Assembly (NCBI GenBank): GCA_964436855.1
Contig: CAYTED010000007.1
Coordinates: 16,779 to 80,778, forward strand
Reading direction: 5' to 3'
Length of the DNA stretch: 64,000 nucleotides
From: an uncultured Bdellovibrionales bacterium
GTDB lineage: Bacteria > Patescibacteriota > Minisyncoccia > Moranbacterales > UBA1568
Under the pieces are notes generated by a model, which was not told the origin of the DNA, made no database searches, and worked only from the letters and a program-made list of their open reading frames with translations. This document shows positions 37,023 through 46,671 of this stretch, one piece after another (positions within the stretch are counted from its first letter, which is position 1; each line of letters opens with the position of its first letter). The position numbers and the translations under genes are program-made.

Positions 37023-37682
37023 TCAATTTTTTTCGAAAATTTCAATGGAAGAGAGAATTTCTTGCCATTCAGCCTCCGAAAAATCTCGAGAAGAATTCTT
37101 GGCGACATACGATAGCGCGAGTATCCGATCGGGACGAACAGAATAGATCGTTCGTTCAAACCCTTCGGCATCGTTCGAAAAAACACTCACTCGAACGCCA
37201 GCAATCGTCTCTTTTGTGTCTTTGTATCGTTTTGGGTCCGATTCCCGAAGCTTGAGACCGGAAAGCCCCCGATCTCCGGAGGGAAAAACGATATATGAGA
37301 GAGTCCTTGTTCCCGATTCGGCATTTGCCTCAAAATACGCTTGTTCCAAAACATTTTTCATTTCTCGATTTCGCTCAAGAAAGTCGAATGGATATCGAAA
37401 AGAAACATATTCTCCGGAAAAAACCTTTTTCTCCGGGGATTCTTCTGGCATGAATTCTCCCGTGTTTTGATATGTAATCACCCCAAGCGACGGCCCATTC
37501 ATCATTTTCCAGAAAAAATATCCAATCGCGAAAATCGCAACAAAAATGAGAGCAATAAGAACTCTCAAAGAAACTTTCTTCTTCGATTTTTTTTCTTCAG
37601 TTCCGACTATGATTGTACTGGTCGACTTTTCCTCCATATAACAAAAAGAAATATACAAAGAATAACTCCTCCCCCGATACAC
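37023..37682 (-). CDS. Hypothetical membrane-anchored protein
   Basis: TM helix VLIALIFVAIFAIGYFFW; no recognised domain. Confidence 0.45.
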   Translation of the reverse strand: MYRGRSYSLYISFCYMEEKSTSTIIVGTEEKKSKKKVSLRVLIALIFVAIFAIGYFFWKMMNGPSLGVITYQNTGEFMPEESPEKKVFSGEYVSFRYPFDFLERNREMKNVLEQAYFEANAESGTRTLSYIVFPSGDRGLSGLKLRESDPKRYKDTKETIAGVRVSVFSNDAEGFERTIYSVRPDRILALSYVAKNSSRDFSEAEWQEILSSIEIFEKN

Positions 37683-38539
37683 ACAAAGGAAATTGGGACG
37701 ATGAAATATGCCATTTTTTGGCTCTCAAAAGCTTTTTTTCCATCATAACGAATATTTATTTCGATCGTATACTTCCCCGGAAAATATGCTCGGTTGGCAG
37801 GGAGAAAACGAATTGGATATGCTTTCTCACTTTTCGGAAGAAGGAGCGATGAATTCTCATTCACAGTTCCTTTCGCGATCAATCTCCCAAATGGATCCTT
37901 AATATCGATTCTCCCTCGCGGAACAATATGAACGTTTCCGGCGTTCCGAAACGAAAGTGTCAGTGTTTCTGGAAGACCAATGAGAGGGCGTTCGACAGAA
38001 ACAGGCCGAAGATTCATCTCGTATACTGCGCCGCCTTCTTTTCGGATAAACACGAGGGCGGCGATGCGCTCATCAATATTGACATTTGTCGGACCGACAT
38101 TTTCAACTGGTTTTTTTTCCTGAAAGAGAAGCGCTCCATAATGACCTCCTGGGGAGAGTGCTCCCGTGTTGATAATGGTTCCGGAAAGCGTTGCTGATTC
38201 TTTTGCGGCAATACGTATTGTTTCCACCTGAAGCTCGATCCAATCCGCCGGATCGAATTCCTTTTCAATATCCTGATCCGATCCAAGAAACGCGACCCCC
38301 GCCGAAGATTCCAACCCGCCAAAATCGATTGCCAAAATGGAAAATTCCCGAGATTCTCCAGAGTTATTCGAAAGCTCGACTGTAAAAGGAACTCTCTCCT
38401 CATTTTGAATGATAATATCGCTCAAGTATGGATGAATCGTGATACCGATACCTGATTCATCGGCCGCAAAAGCTTTTTGGGGGAAAAAACCAAGTGCGAA
38501 AAAAAGAAAAAATACCAAAACTCGGCTTACGGAAGTCAT
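37607..38539 (-). CDS. Cell-surface protein with signal peptide and C-terminal TM anchor (DUF916-like architecture)
   Basis: Signal peptide LVFFLFFALGFFPQKAFAADE; C-terminal TM ISFVCIGGGVILCIFLFVIW; diverged paralog of the next two genes. Confidence 0.5.
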   Translation of the reverse strand: MTSVSRVLVFFLFFALGFFPQKAFAADESGIGITIHPYLSDIIIQNEERVPFTVELSNNSGESREFSILAIDFGGLESSAGVAFLGSDQDIEKEFDPADWIELQVETIRIAAKESATLSGTIINTGALSPGGHYGALLFQEKKPVENVGPTNVNIDERIAALVFIRKEGGAVYEMNLRPVSVERPLIGLPETLTLSFRNAGNVHIVPRGRIDIKDPFGRLIAKGTVNENSSLLLPKSEKAYPIRFLPANRAYFPGKYTIEINIRYDGKKAFESQKMAYFIVPISFVCIGGGVILCIFLFVIWRKSRPVQS

Positions 38540-38560
38540 AATTTTGTTTCTGAAACCCTA

Positions 38561-39631
38561 TTATTCGCTCCGACGAAATCGACGGAGCATATTCCCGAGA
38601 GTCGATTTCATACCGACAAGTGCAAAGAGAAGAATCACTCCACCACCAATGAGAAGCCTCCACGGCATCACCCAAAATTCTACCACCCCCTCAATCGGAA
38701 CATCTCTCTTACCATCATCGTAGACCATGAGAAGTTTTGCTTGGTATTTGCCGAAGCGAAGATTGGAAGCATCTTTCCAATTCCAGGTAAGTTCTTTCAC
38801 GATATTTCCATGTTCATCGAGAACGGTTTGTCCATTTTCTTGTGTTTCGGTGTAGATCGGAAAGCCTTCAGCCCAGTCAGCACGGAAGGAACGGCTGGAA
38901 TCGGGGAGAATATTCCCCTTTCCCAAGTTCACTTCGATCGTTGAATCAGCCTTTTTCCCGGGACGTCCGATGAAGAGATTTCCCCGTGGAGCAACATGGA
39001 CATTCCCCGTATTTTTAAGTTTGACGGTGAAGGTTGTCGGGAGAAATTCATACCATTTCTTGTTAGATTCAAAGGAGGTGATAGAAACTTCACGTTTTGC
39101 ATTGGGAACTTTGACTTCAAGGAGAACAAGAACGGCCGTGCCTCCGGTGAGTTTTGTTTGTTGGGTTGATTCTTCTTTGTTGTGGTCATCGGCGCGAGAA
39201 AAGGTAACCGCGTAGTAGTAGCCAAGAGATGCGGTTTCGGGTGGTGTTACGGTGAGAGTAATCGTTTTCCATTCATTCGGAGCAATATCGAAAGTGGTGT
39301 CGGAGAAGGAAACGAAAGAAAGAGATTCGTCGCTTGGATCCGGATCGAGGAGCTCGGGAATACCGGTGTCTCCACTCGCGCGGAACTTGAGAAGCTCTAC
39401 TTTGAGCGTTTCTTTTTGAGTCCCTTCATTTCGAATACGAATGGGAGAAGAAACCGGATGACCCGGTTCGGTTACGAGGTTGATCGGAAGCGGTGAGGTG
39501 GTCAGACGGAGATCGGCGGTTTGGGCGGAGGCGGGAATGGAAAATGAAGAATAGAGAATGAGGAATGAAAAAACAGAGAAAAGAATTTTCTTGAGAAGGT
39601 GTTTCATTGTACTTGGGTGTCGAATCGGCAT
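38561..39631 (-). CDS. Cell-surface protein, signal peptide plus C-terminal TM anchor (DUF916-like), copy 1 of tandem pair
   Basis: Signal peptide ...ILYSSFSIPASAQTADL; C-terminal TM LIGGGVILLFALVGM. The central ~300 aa is identical to the next gene. Confidence 0.6.
   Translation of the reverse strand: MPIRHPSTMKHLLKKILFSVFSFLILYSSFSIPASAQTADLRLTTSPLPINLVTEPGHPVSSPIRIRNEGTQKETLKVELLKFRASGDTGIPELLDPDPSDESLSFVSFSDTTFDIAPNEWKTITLTVTPPETASLGYYYAVTFSRADDHNKEESTQQTKLTGGTAVLVLLEVKVPNAKREVSITSFESNKKWYEFLPTTFTVKLKNTGNVHVAPRGNLFIGRPGKKADSTIEVNLGKGNILPDSSRSFRADWAEGFPIYTETQENGQTVLDEHGNIVKELTWNWKDASNLRFGKYQAKLLMVYDDGKRDVPIEGVVEFWVMPWRLLIGGGVILLFALVGMKSTLGNMLRRFRRSE
38655..39575. repeat. Tandem direct repeat copy 1 (921 bp, 100% identical to 39742..40662)
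   Basis: Boundaries found by direct comparison of the two sequences. Identity starts at agcctccacgg and ends at gaatgaaaaaaca; period 1087 bp. Confidence 0.85.
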
Positions 39632-39644
39632 ACTTTTTTCTCTT

Positions 39645-40703
39645 TTATACCTGTCCCATTTTCAATTTTCGCATTTTTCGCTTCATCAGGAAGTACACAA
39701 ACAACGCCGGTACAACTGGAAGTGCGATACCAAAAAGAATCAGCCTCCACGGCATCACCCAAAATTCTACCACCCCCTCAATCGGAACATCTCTCTTACC
39801 ATCATCGTAGACCATGAGAAGTTTTGCTTGGTATTTGCCGAAGCGAAGATTGGAAGCATCTTTCCAATTCCAGGTAAGTTCTTTCACGATATTTCCATGT
39901 TCATCGAGAACGGTTTGTCCATTTTCTTGTGTTTCGGTGTAGATCGGAAAGCCTTCAGCCCAGTCAGCACGGAAGGAACGGCTGGAATCGGGGAGAATAT
40001 TCCCCTTTCCCAAGTTCACTTCGATCGTTGAATCAGCCTTTTTCCCGGGACGTCCGATGAAGAGATTTCCCCGTGGAGCAACATGGACATTCCCCGTATT
40101 TTTAAGTTTGACGGTGAAGGTTGTCGGGAGAAATTCATACCATTTCTTGTTAGATTCAAAGGAGGTGATAGAAACTTCACGTTTTGCATTGGGAACTTTG
40201 ACTTCAAGGAGAACAAGAACGGCCGTGCCTCCGGTGAGTTTTGTTTGTTGGGTTGATTCTTCTTTGTTGTGGTCATCGGCGCGAGAAAAGGTAACCGCGT
40301 AGTAGTAGCCAAGAGATGCGGTTTCGGGTGGTGTTACGGTGAGAGTAATCGTTTTCCATTCATTCGGAGCAATATCGAAAGTGGTGTCGGAGAAGGAAAC
40401 GAAAGAAAGAGATTCGTCGCTTGGATCCGGATCGAGGAGCTCGGGAATACCGGTGTCTCCACTCGCGCGGAACTTGAGAAGCTCTACTTTGAGCGTTTCT
40501 TTTTGAGTCCCTTCATTTCGAATACGAATGGGAGAAGAAACCGGATGACCCGGTTCGGTTACGAGGTTGATCGGAAGCGGTGAGGTGGTCAGACGGAGAT
40601 CGGCGGTTTGGGCGGAGGCGGGAATGGAAAATGAAGAATAGAGAATGAGGAATGAAAAAACAAGCCAAAAACAAATTTTTGAAGAAATCGAAAAAAAATT
40701 CAT
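39645..40703 (-). CDS. Cell-surface protein, signal peptide plus C-terminal TM anchor (DUF916-like), copy 2 of tandem pair
   Basis: Probable start MNFFSISSKICFWLVFSFLILYSSFSIPASA (ATG 40701-40703; ORF track extends to 40826); distinct C-terminal TM ILFGIALPVVPALFVYFLM. Confidence 0.6.
   Translation of the reverse strand: MNFFSISSKICFWLVFSFLILYSSFSIPASAQTADLRLTTSPLPINLVTEPGHPVSSPIRIRNEGTQKETLKVELLKFRASGDTGIPELLDPDPSDESLSFVSFSDTTFDIAPNEWKTITLTVTPPETASLGYYYAVTFSRADDHNKEESTQQTKLTGGTAVLVLLEVKVPNAKREVSITSFESNKKWYEFLPTTFTVKLKNTGNVHVAPRGNLFIGRPGKKADSTIEVNLGKGNILPDSSRSFRADWAEGFPIYTETQENGQTVLDEHGNIVKELTWNWKDASNLRFGKYQAKLLMVYDDGKRDVPIEGVVEFWVMPWRLILFGIALPVVPALFVYFLMKRKMRKLKMGQV
39742..40662. repeat. 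Tandem direct repeat copy 2 (921 bp)
   Basis: See copy 1. Confidence 0.85.
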
Positions 40704-40806
40704 AGAGTCATTTCGGTGAATACCCTTATTATACCGCTTGTTTTTCTTTTTTTCCACACAAAAGGAGGGCTTCCGCCCTCCGTAAAAATGTGTTTTGATA
40801 TTCTCC

Positions 40807-41847
40807 CTAGAAAACACCTGCCGCAATGACTGTAAGTGTATCGGTATAATCCGTCGCCGCCGCTTGAACAGCGCTAATTTTTGCCCGTTCGATAAGCGTC
40901 ATCACATCTCCATCAGTCGGACCGGCAGGGTTATCGGAAAGAGCCACCAGCTGGAACGATGTTGAAAGCGTTCCACCCTGTGTGGTATCACCATCATATT
41001 CCGGTTCAACCGTAAAATTCCCCGATCCGGACGAACCTTGTGTCGTTGCATCCACATCAAGCACATACCCGGTAACGGAATCAAGATCCGACGGCGTTCC
41101 ATCAACCGATCCCGCGGTCGCAATCGATGCTCCTGCGGCAACCGAACTCAACGCCGCATTCGCACTTTTCACCCATGCTGCCCAACCGGAACCGGCATTT
41201 GTCGCCATAGTCGCCGTTACACCGGATGAGGAAGAAATCGATGAAGATGACAATGTTCCGAGAGAATCGGTGTTTCCGCCAAGACTGAAGGTAAAGGTCG
41301 CCGGAACGGTCGCGGAAACAACAATCTGATCATTAGAAATGATAGAAAGGGCATATGAACCGGTATCAATCGTTGCCGGACCACTAGTCCGTGTCACCAC
41401 GGTCCCTGTCTTATCATTCCCGGCGGACGAAGTGGTCAGTGTCGTTGTTCCGCTAAAGTTAAAACAATAGAGCGTCCCGACTACAAGATCTCCCGAAGGA
41501 AAGGTAACGGTTTGACTTGATACACTCGTGGCCGTTCCAATACCAACCCATGCAGTCGCACTCAACGGAAGGTTGGTCGTGGTTACTGTCCAGTTGGACG
41601 CCGTACCATTCACTGTAAATCCGGTAGGAAATGTCACCTGAACATCCGCTTCCGTACTCGCAGTTGCCGGCTTGGCGCATACCGTACCCCCAGTGGCTGT
41701 CGATGCCTTCAGTCGATCGAGTCGTAGAACGGTTTGCGTCATACTGGCAGCTTGCGCAGTGCCTCCCCAAAGAAACAATGGAAAAAATAAAGAAAAAAAA
41801 GAGATGAGAAGCGTCGGTACTCCAATCGTTATCCTATATCGATACAT
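40807..41847 (-). CDS. Secreted T/S/G-rich protein with conserved C-terminal strand ...DYTDTLTVIAAGVF
   Basis: Signal peptide LLISFFSLFFPLFLWGGTAQAASM; C-terminus shared with the next gene; contains SFQLVALSDNPAGP, loosely WxL-like. Confidence 0.5.
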   Translation of the reverse strand: MYRYRITIGVPTLLISFFSLFFPLFLWGGTAQAASMTQTVLRLDRLKASTATGGTVCAKPATASTEADVQVTFPTGFTVNGTASNWTVTTTNLPLSATAWVGIGTATSVSSQTVTFPSGDLVVGTLYCFNFSGTTTLTTSSAGNDKTGTVVTRTSGPATIDTGSYALSIISNDQIVVSATVPATFTFSLGGNTDSLGTLSSSSISSSSGVTATMATNAGSGWAAWVKSANAALSSVAAGASIATAGSVDGTPSDLDSVTGYVLDVDATTQGSSGSGNFTVEPEYDGDTTQGGTLSTSFQLVALSDNPAGPTDGDVMTLIERAKISAVQAAATDYTDTLTVIAAGVF

Positions 41848-41920
41848 ACTTTTTTATTTTTTATTCCAATCTTTCTGTAATTATACTCCAGCTAAAAAAA
41901 CCGTCAAATATTTCCGCCTT

Positions 41921-42985
41921 TCAAAAGCTTCCGGAAGCAATAATGGTAATCGTCTCGGTATAATCCCCCGCAGCAGGAGTTACCGCTGATGATTTCGCTT
42001 TCAGAAGAAATGATGCTCGGCCGCCGGAAATCGGATTCGAGCTCGAAAAAATTTCCCGAATCGTCGTATCCGTTACTCCAACCGTATTCGAAGATCCGTC
42101 ATAGGGACTCACAATAGAAAACGGTCCGCCCGAAGACTGTGTTGCCGTCGACCCCTGTGCCCCAAATCCACTCGAGAACGCCGTCAAATTTCCGGAAGCA
42201 GAACTGATCGTATGATTCACGGTCGAACTATACAGTCCGGCATTGGCTGCACTCACATACACCTTTCCGCCCGATGCGCCATTCGTCGAAAAGTCCACCC
42301 ATATTTTTTCCGCACTATTCACCACGCTTCCCGCCGTCAAGTTTCCAAGGTCGATCGCTGTCACGCTATTGTCTTCATCGATCGCCGAGACGTCGATATC
42401 AAAAGTAAGCTGAGCGCTAACAGTCGCCGCAGTTGCAGTCGGCCCGTATCCGCTCTCGCTAAACTTTCCTTGCATCGCCTTCACCTTGATCTTATAGGTC
42501 GTGCTTGACGAAAGGCCAATCACATCGAATCCACTCGCTCCGCCCCATGCGGCATAGGTTTGATAATCCTCAATCCCAAGCGTCGCCCCAACAGTGTCAT
42601 CGCTCTGAATATAATTCGTCGTCACGAAGTTGTCCGTACTGATTGCGACTGCAAAAAGCGTGTCGCTCGGATTGCTTCCGGTATCCAGAACAATATGCAA
42701 TTTATTGTAATAATTACTCGGATTCGTAAACGTCGGCGCCGGAGGGACATTTGCCATTATTTCAAACGAAAGCCCCGCGCCAAGATCGTAATTTGTTCCT
42801 TGTAGCTCGTCTTCGCTCACCTCGCCCGCAAGTCCATCGATCGCATAATTCGACGACGTCATATTCTCCTTGCCGCCACCACCAAAACCATATCCTTCCA
42901 ACTGATAGTTCGTACTCGCGGGGAAAGCAAATAAAAACGCGAAACTCGCGGGGAAAAAAATCCTTGATCGTATTCGGCGAACCAT
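41921..42985 (-). CDS. Secreted T/S/G-rich protein with conserved C-terminal strand ...DYTETITIIASGSF
   Basis: Likely start MVRRIRSRIFFPASFAFLFAFPAST (ATG 42983-42985; ORF track extends to 43045). Confidence 0.5.
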   Translation of the reverse strand: MVRRIRSRIFFPASFAFLFAFPASTNYQLEGYGFGGGGKENMTSSNYAIDGLAGEVSEDELQGTNYDLGAGLSFEIMANVPPAPTFTNPSNYYNKLHIVLDTGSNPSDTLFAVAISTDNFVTTNYIQSDDTVGATLGIEDYQTYAAWGGASGFDVIGLSSSTTYKIKVKAMQGKFSESGYGPTATAATVSAQLTFDIDVSAIDEDNSVTAIDLGNLTAGSVVNSAEKIWVDFSTNGASGGKVYVSAANAGLYSSTVNHTISSASGNLTAFSSGFGAQGSTATQSSGGPFSIVSPYDGSSNTVGVTDTTIREIFSSSNPISGGRASFLLKAKSSAVTPAAGDYTETITIIASGSF

Positions 42986-43013
42986 ATCCGAACAAATGTA
43001 CATAAAAAAGAGA

Positions 43014-43490
43014 CTATCGGGATACCGACGCAATAGTCGTATCATTCGAATCGCATGCCTGAACCGTCACGATATTATTCGCATCCACCTGCACAGAATA
43101 CCGCGTGTGCGATGCGGATCCGTTCTCCGGATCATAAGGAATTGTTTTCAAATACCGCGCAAGCTCTCCCGAAAGATCGATACAATCACTTCCGCCAGAA
43201 ACACTACATACGTCCGTGCTTATGGCGCAGCCGGATCCGTCTGTCGATATTTCGCGCTCGGTCGTATCGAGGCCCGATGGCAACTCTCCACGATTATCCA
43301 CGATATACTGGTGAACCGCACTTAAAATGGATTGTATATCGGAAAGTCTGCGCGCGTCTCGAGCATCACGAAACCGCGTTGCTGGATCAAGCGATACGAT
43401 CACCACCGTTGCCAAAACCGCGATGATCCCAATCACGAGAAGAATTTCAAGAAGGGTAAAACCTTTTTTCTTTGTGTGTTTCGAAGTCAT
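43014..43490 (-). CDS. Type IV pilin (prepilin with class III signal)
   Basis: MTSKHTKKKG/FTLLEILLVIGIIAVLATVVIVSL: G-F-T-L-L-E prepilin peptidase site plus hydrophobic alpha1 helix; C-terminal Cys pair. Confidence 0.8.
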   Translation of the reverse strand: MTSKHTKKKGFTLLEILLVIGIIAVLATVVIVSLDPATRFRDARDARRLSDIQSILSAVHQYIVDNRGELPSGLDTTEREISTDGSGCAISTDVCSVSGGSDCIDLSGELARYLKTIPYDPENGSASHTRYSVQVDANNIVTVQACDSNDTTIASVSR

Positions 43491-43497
43491 ATATCAT

Positions 43498-43980
43498 TTA
43501 TTGTATCACATATTTCTCCGAAGAATCGCAAGCGCGAACCGTAATGCGATTTCCATTGCTCTCTCGCTCGATCGTATACCGAGTAAACTCGCTTGATCCG
43601 GATTCTGGATCTTCCGGAAGCGTCGGAAGATATGGTTTGAGTGCAGCGGAAAGATCGACGCAATCGGTCGTTCCGGAAACATGACAGACACTCGTCTCAA
43701 TTTCACATCCGGACTTTGCCGTTCCGATCTGACGCTCACGGGTATCGATACCATCCGGATATTTCCCCTTCTGGTCGATCAAATACTGATGTACCGCATT
43801 GGAAAGCGTTTGGATATCAGAGAGACGTCGCGACTCTCTCGCGTTTCGAAATCGCTCCGCCGGATCAAGTGTAATGACGATAATCGTCGCGAGAATAGCG
43901 ATAATCCCAACAACAATGAGAATTTCAAGCAATGTGAATCCTTGTTTTTTCCTCATATTTTTAGGTGTTATTATTTCCAA
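43498..43980 (-). CDS. Type IV pilin (paralog)
   Basis: MRKKQG/FTLLEILIVVGIIAILATIIVITL. Confidence 0.8.
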   Translation of the reverse strand: MEIITPKNMRKKQGFTLLEILIVVGIIAILATIIVITLDPAERFRNARESRRLSDIQTLSNAVHQYLIDQKGKYPDGIDTRERQIGTAKSGCEIETSVCHVSGTTDCVDLSAALKPYLPTLPEDPESGSSEFTRYTIERESNGNRITVRACDSSEKYVIQ

Positions 43981-44801
43981 AAAAAGAATCGCTTGATTGT
44001 TTTCGGCAAAGAATCCGAAAGATCGAGAATGGCGCGCTCTTTTCTGTATGGATGCGTATACGCGACACCGAAAATGGGATCGAGTGTTCTTGAAACGGTT
44101 TCGATATCAAGCGAGAGAGGCTTCAGCGTTTCTGCGTCGAATCCTGAGCAAATGATTTTCCGCGGCTCTTTTCCTTTTTTTTCCTTGCAAAAGCGCAGAA
44201 ACCCGGAGATATCGTCGACAGAAAAAGGTTTTCGCAGAAGGAGCGAAACGAGAATATTTCCCGATTCTGCGAATATCAAAAGAAGCGAATCTTCTGATTT
44301 TCGATGAAGAATCACAACAGATGCTTCTTCTTCCGTAAGCAGCGCGATCGCCGATGATTCGGGAATAATACTTTCAAATATTATCCCTTTTTCCATGTTC
44401 CATGCCAACAACTTGTCTGCCCAAGATTTTTTCAGTTCGGTTACCTCAAGAAGTGCTTGCGTCGTTCCAGAAGATACGACTTTGGAGTCCCAAAGGGTCG
44501 ACTCGCTTGATTCCGGAAAAAACGAATGGAGTTCATGCTTGAGAGTTTCAGGAGATCCCAACGAACTGTTTGGAAGCGTAACCGAAAACGTGTACACGCC
44601 TTCTTCGGAAACAACCAAGCGAATTCTTCTACCGAAATCAGAAACTAAGGAAAGCAGAGATTCATCTTCAAAACCGGATTGCACCGAATACGACTGCTCT
44701 CGAAAAACCGAGAGGTCTTTCGCATCCCGCGATACCACGGCCGCGCGAAGAGATGCTCCGTCAAAAAATCCCGCATTGTATTTTTTCTTTCCGAATATCA
44801 T
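43971..44801 (-). CDS. Putative pilus assembly protein (PilM-like actin-fold?)
   Basis: Position inside the pilus cluster; N-terminus GFFDGASLRAAVVSRDAKDLSVF weakly resembles the PilM N-terminal beta-hairpin; no strong motif. Confidence 0.35.
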   Translation of the reverse strand: MIFGKKKYNAGFFDGASLRAAVVSRDAKDLSVFREQSYSVQSGFEDESLLSLVSDFGRRIRLVVSEEGVYTFSVTLPNSSLGSPETLKHELHSFFPESSESTLWDSKVVSSGTTQALLEVTELKKSWADKLLAWNMEKGIIFESIIPESSAIALLTEEEASVVILHRKSEDSLLLIFAESGNILVSLLLRKPFSVDDISGFLRFCKEKKGKEPRKIICSGFDAETLKPLSLDIETVSRTLDPIFGVAYTHPYRKERAILDLSDSLPKTIKRFFFWK

Positions 44802-44815
44802 ACCTTCATTGTACC

Positions 44816-45202
44816 CTATGACGATTGTTCAATCCACGACCCAAGCACCAATCCGGTTGGCGTGATTGTTAGCACGACACGGATCGTCCGCTCATATCCA
44901 TCGCGGTTTGCCGTTACAAGAACCGTTCGCTCATCTCCATTCGATGCAATCGACACATCGCAATCTCCCTCCGGAAGATTCACGATCGATGCCGAGTATC
45001 CGGAGTCGTTTCGAAGTCGAAGAATTACGTCTTCCGTGCAGCTCTCGGAAAGAAGCAAAGAAGAGTATCCCTTTTCCAAAGCAAGGTCCGTTCGCCCGCC
45101 CTCAACCGAAAGCATCAAGGCCGCCAAAGAAAGCGGGATAGAAATCGCAAGTAAAAGACCGACAACAAGAAATGTGGAAAATCCGCGAAACACTTTGTTC
45201 AT
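44816..45202 (-). CDS. Hypothetical bitopic membrane protein in pilus cluster (PilN/O-like role possible)
   Basis: N-terminal TM FSTFLVVGLLLAISIPLSLAAL; context only. Confidence 0.35.
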   Translation of the reverse strand: MNKVFRGFSTFLVVGLLLAISIPLSLAALMLSVEGGRTDLALEKGYSSLLLSESCTEDVILRLRNDSGYSASIVNLPEGDCDVSIASNGDERTVLVTANRDGYERTIRVVLTITPTGLVLGSWIEQSS

Positions 45203-45220
45203 ACAAGATACATACTGATT

Positions 45221-45745
45221 TTATTCGGGCAAATGAGAACTTCGGGTATCTGCGGCTCCACGAAACAGCATACTCGTCTGAAATACCGATTCACCCCCGG
45301 ATACTCCCCGATCCGGCTCAAAAACAATCTGATACCCTATCCCATCCGAACGATTACTTGAAAGCGAATAGTCTTCAAATTGAAGACTGGTAACTCGAAT
45401 ATCCGTACTCGAGAGCGCAACCTCGCCCGTCCCGTCATCGAGAAACATACGCTCATCTCGGAGAAAAATCGCCATCGTACCGCTTGCGCCGACTTTCCCC
45501 AATTCGATTCGATCCACCGCAACCGAATCGACACTTTCCGCGTTTCGGATAACATACTCTATTCGTTCGGTTATCGCCCTCCCTTCTTGGGAGGTGGAAT
45601 GAATAAGAAGTCTTTTGAGATTTTGTTCGGAAACAGTCAGCGCAAACGAAATAATGGTCGTCAAAACGATCGACAAAAGCCCGATAACCAAAAGAATCTC
45701 GATAAGAGTGAATCCCCCGGAAAATCGGGGTTGTTTCGTTTTCAT
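45221..45745 (-). CDS. Minor pilin / pseudopilin
   Basis: G/FTLIEILLVIGLLSIVLTTIISF prepilin N-terminus. Confidence 0.7.
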   Translation of the reverse strand: MKTKQPRFSGGFTLIEILLVIGLLSIVLTTIISFALTVSEQNLKRLLIHSTSQEGRAITERIEYVIRNAESVDSVAVDRIELGKVGASGTMAIFLRDERMFLDDGTGEVALSSTDIRVTSLQFEDYSLSSNRSDGIGYQIVFEPDRGVSGGESVFQTSMLFRGAADTRSSHLPE

Positions 45746-46212
45746 AGCGGTTCATCCCAATACGTAAAGTACGTCGAAAACTGAATATTTTCCGTTTCTC
45801 CGTAAAACGTATTCCAATCAACGGCGACGGTTACTTTTTTTGTTTTTTCATCACTCGTATTTCCGCTTTCCACAATATCCCCTCCGTCTCGATACGCATC
45901 TTCAATGGTAATAGTCCGCGAATATTTGTCGAAATAATCCCCGCCGCCGCCCAACACAAAGGTTCCGTCGGAAAACCGAATACCTTCGCCGGAAACCGAC
46001 CCGACTTCTGCAAACTGATCTCGAAGAATGAGTCGTGTCATCTCCATTCCCTCGCGGGCATAGGCGATTGCTCCCGAAAACTCGGCGTTTCTTCGTTCAT
46101 TTGAAAGAGTTTGCACGAGAATGCCAACAACGGCCGATGAAAAAACGGCGAATATTGCTATTAAGAAAATCACTTCGATCAAAGAGAACCCCCGATGATT
46201 GTTTGCGCACAT
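45742..46212 (-). CDS. Minor pilin / pseudopilin
   Basis: G/FSLIEVIFLIAIFAVFSSAVVG; 4-nt overlap with downstream gene. Confidence 0.7.
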   Translation of the reverse strand: MCANNHRGFSLIEVIFLIAIFAVFSSAVVGILVQTLSNERRNAEFSGAIAYAREGMEMTRLILRDQFAEVGSVSGEGIRFSDGTFVLGGGGDYFDKYSRTITIEDAYRDGGDIVESGNTSDEKTKKVTVAVDWNTFYGETENIQFSTYFTYWDEPL

Positions 46213-46215
46213 ATA

Positions 46216-46659
46216 TTACTCTTCAATAAAAGCCCCCTCTTCATTGAAAGAAAAATTTTTCGTTTTTCCGAAACCGGAAATGTGGAGATTGGCAATCGTA
46301 CCGCTCACCTTCCCTGTGTCGCGCGCCGCGACCACCTCATCGAAACCGGATATCGTCACGCCATACGGAAGATCATATACCGCATCAAGCGCCGCCATAC
46401 GCGCATCGTAGCTTGATCCCTGAAAAAAAACGAGAGAATCATCCCGAAGTGCGACTCCCCACTGCGAATCATTTCGTCCCTCCATCGAAAAGAGCTGCGC
46501 TTCACGAATATCTGACCGCAGGGTTTCAAAAGCGATATCCGTTCCTTGTCCGAAAAAAAAATTTCCGGAAAGAAGGGCAGTAAGAACTCCAATCGTCGAT
46601 ACGATCGCAAGAACGAGAATTATTTCAATAAACGTAAATCCTTTTTCTTTCGATATCAT
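46216..46659 (-). CDS. Minor pilin / pseudopilin
   Basis: G/FTFIEIILVLAIVSTIGVLTALL. Confidence 0.7.
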   Translation of the reverse strand: MISKEKGFTFIEIILVLAIVSTIGVLTALLSGNFFFGQGTDIAFETLRSDIREAQLFSMEGRNDSQWGVALRDDSLVFFQGSSYDARMAALDAVYDLPYGVTISGFDEVVAARDTGKVSGTIANLHISGFGKTKNFSFNEEGAFIEE

Positions 46660-46671
46660 ACAACAACCCCC

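Noticed and set aside
38929-40583. Duplicated small ORFs in the track (38929..39225 / 40016..40312, 38970..39215 / 40057..40302, 39182..39496 / 40269..40583, 38477..38944 / 39558..40031)
   Set aside because: They are identical because they lie inside the 921-bp duplicated segment, antisense or out of frame to the real surface-protein genes. Not independent genes.
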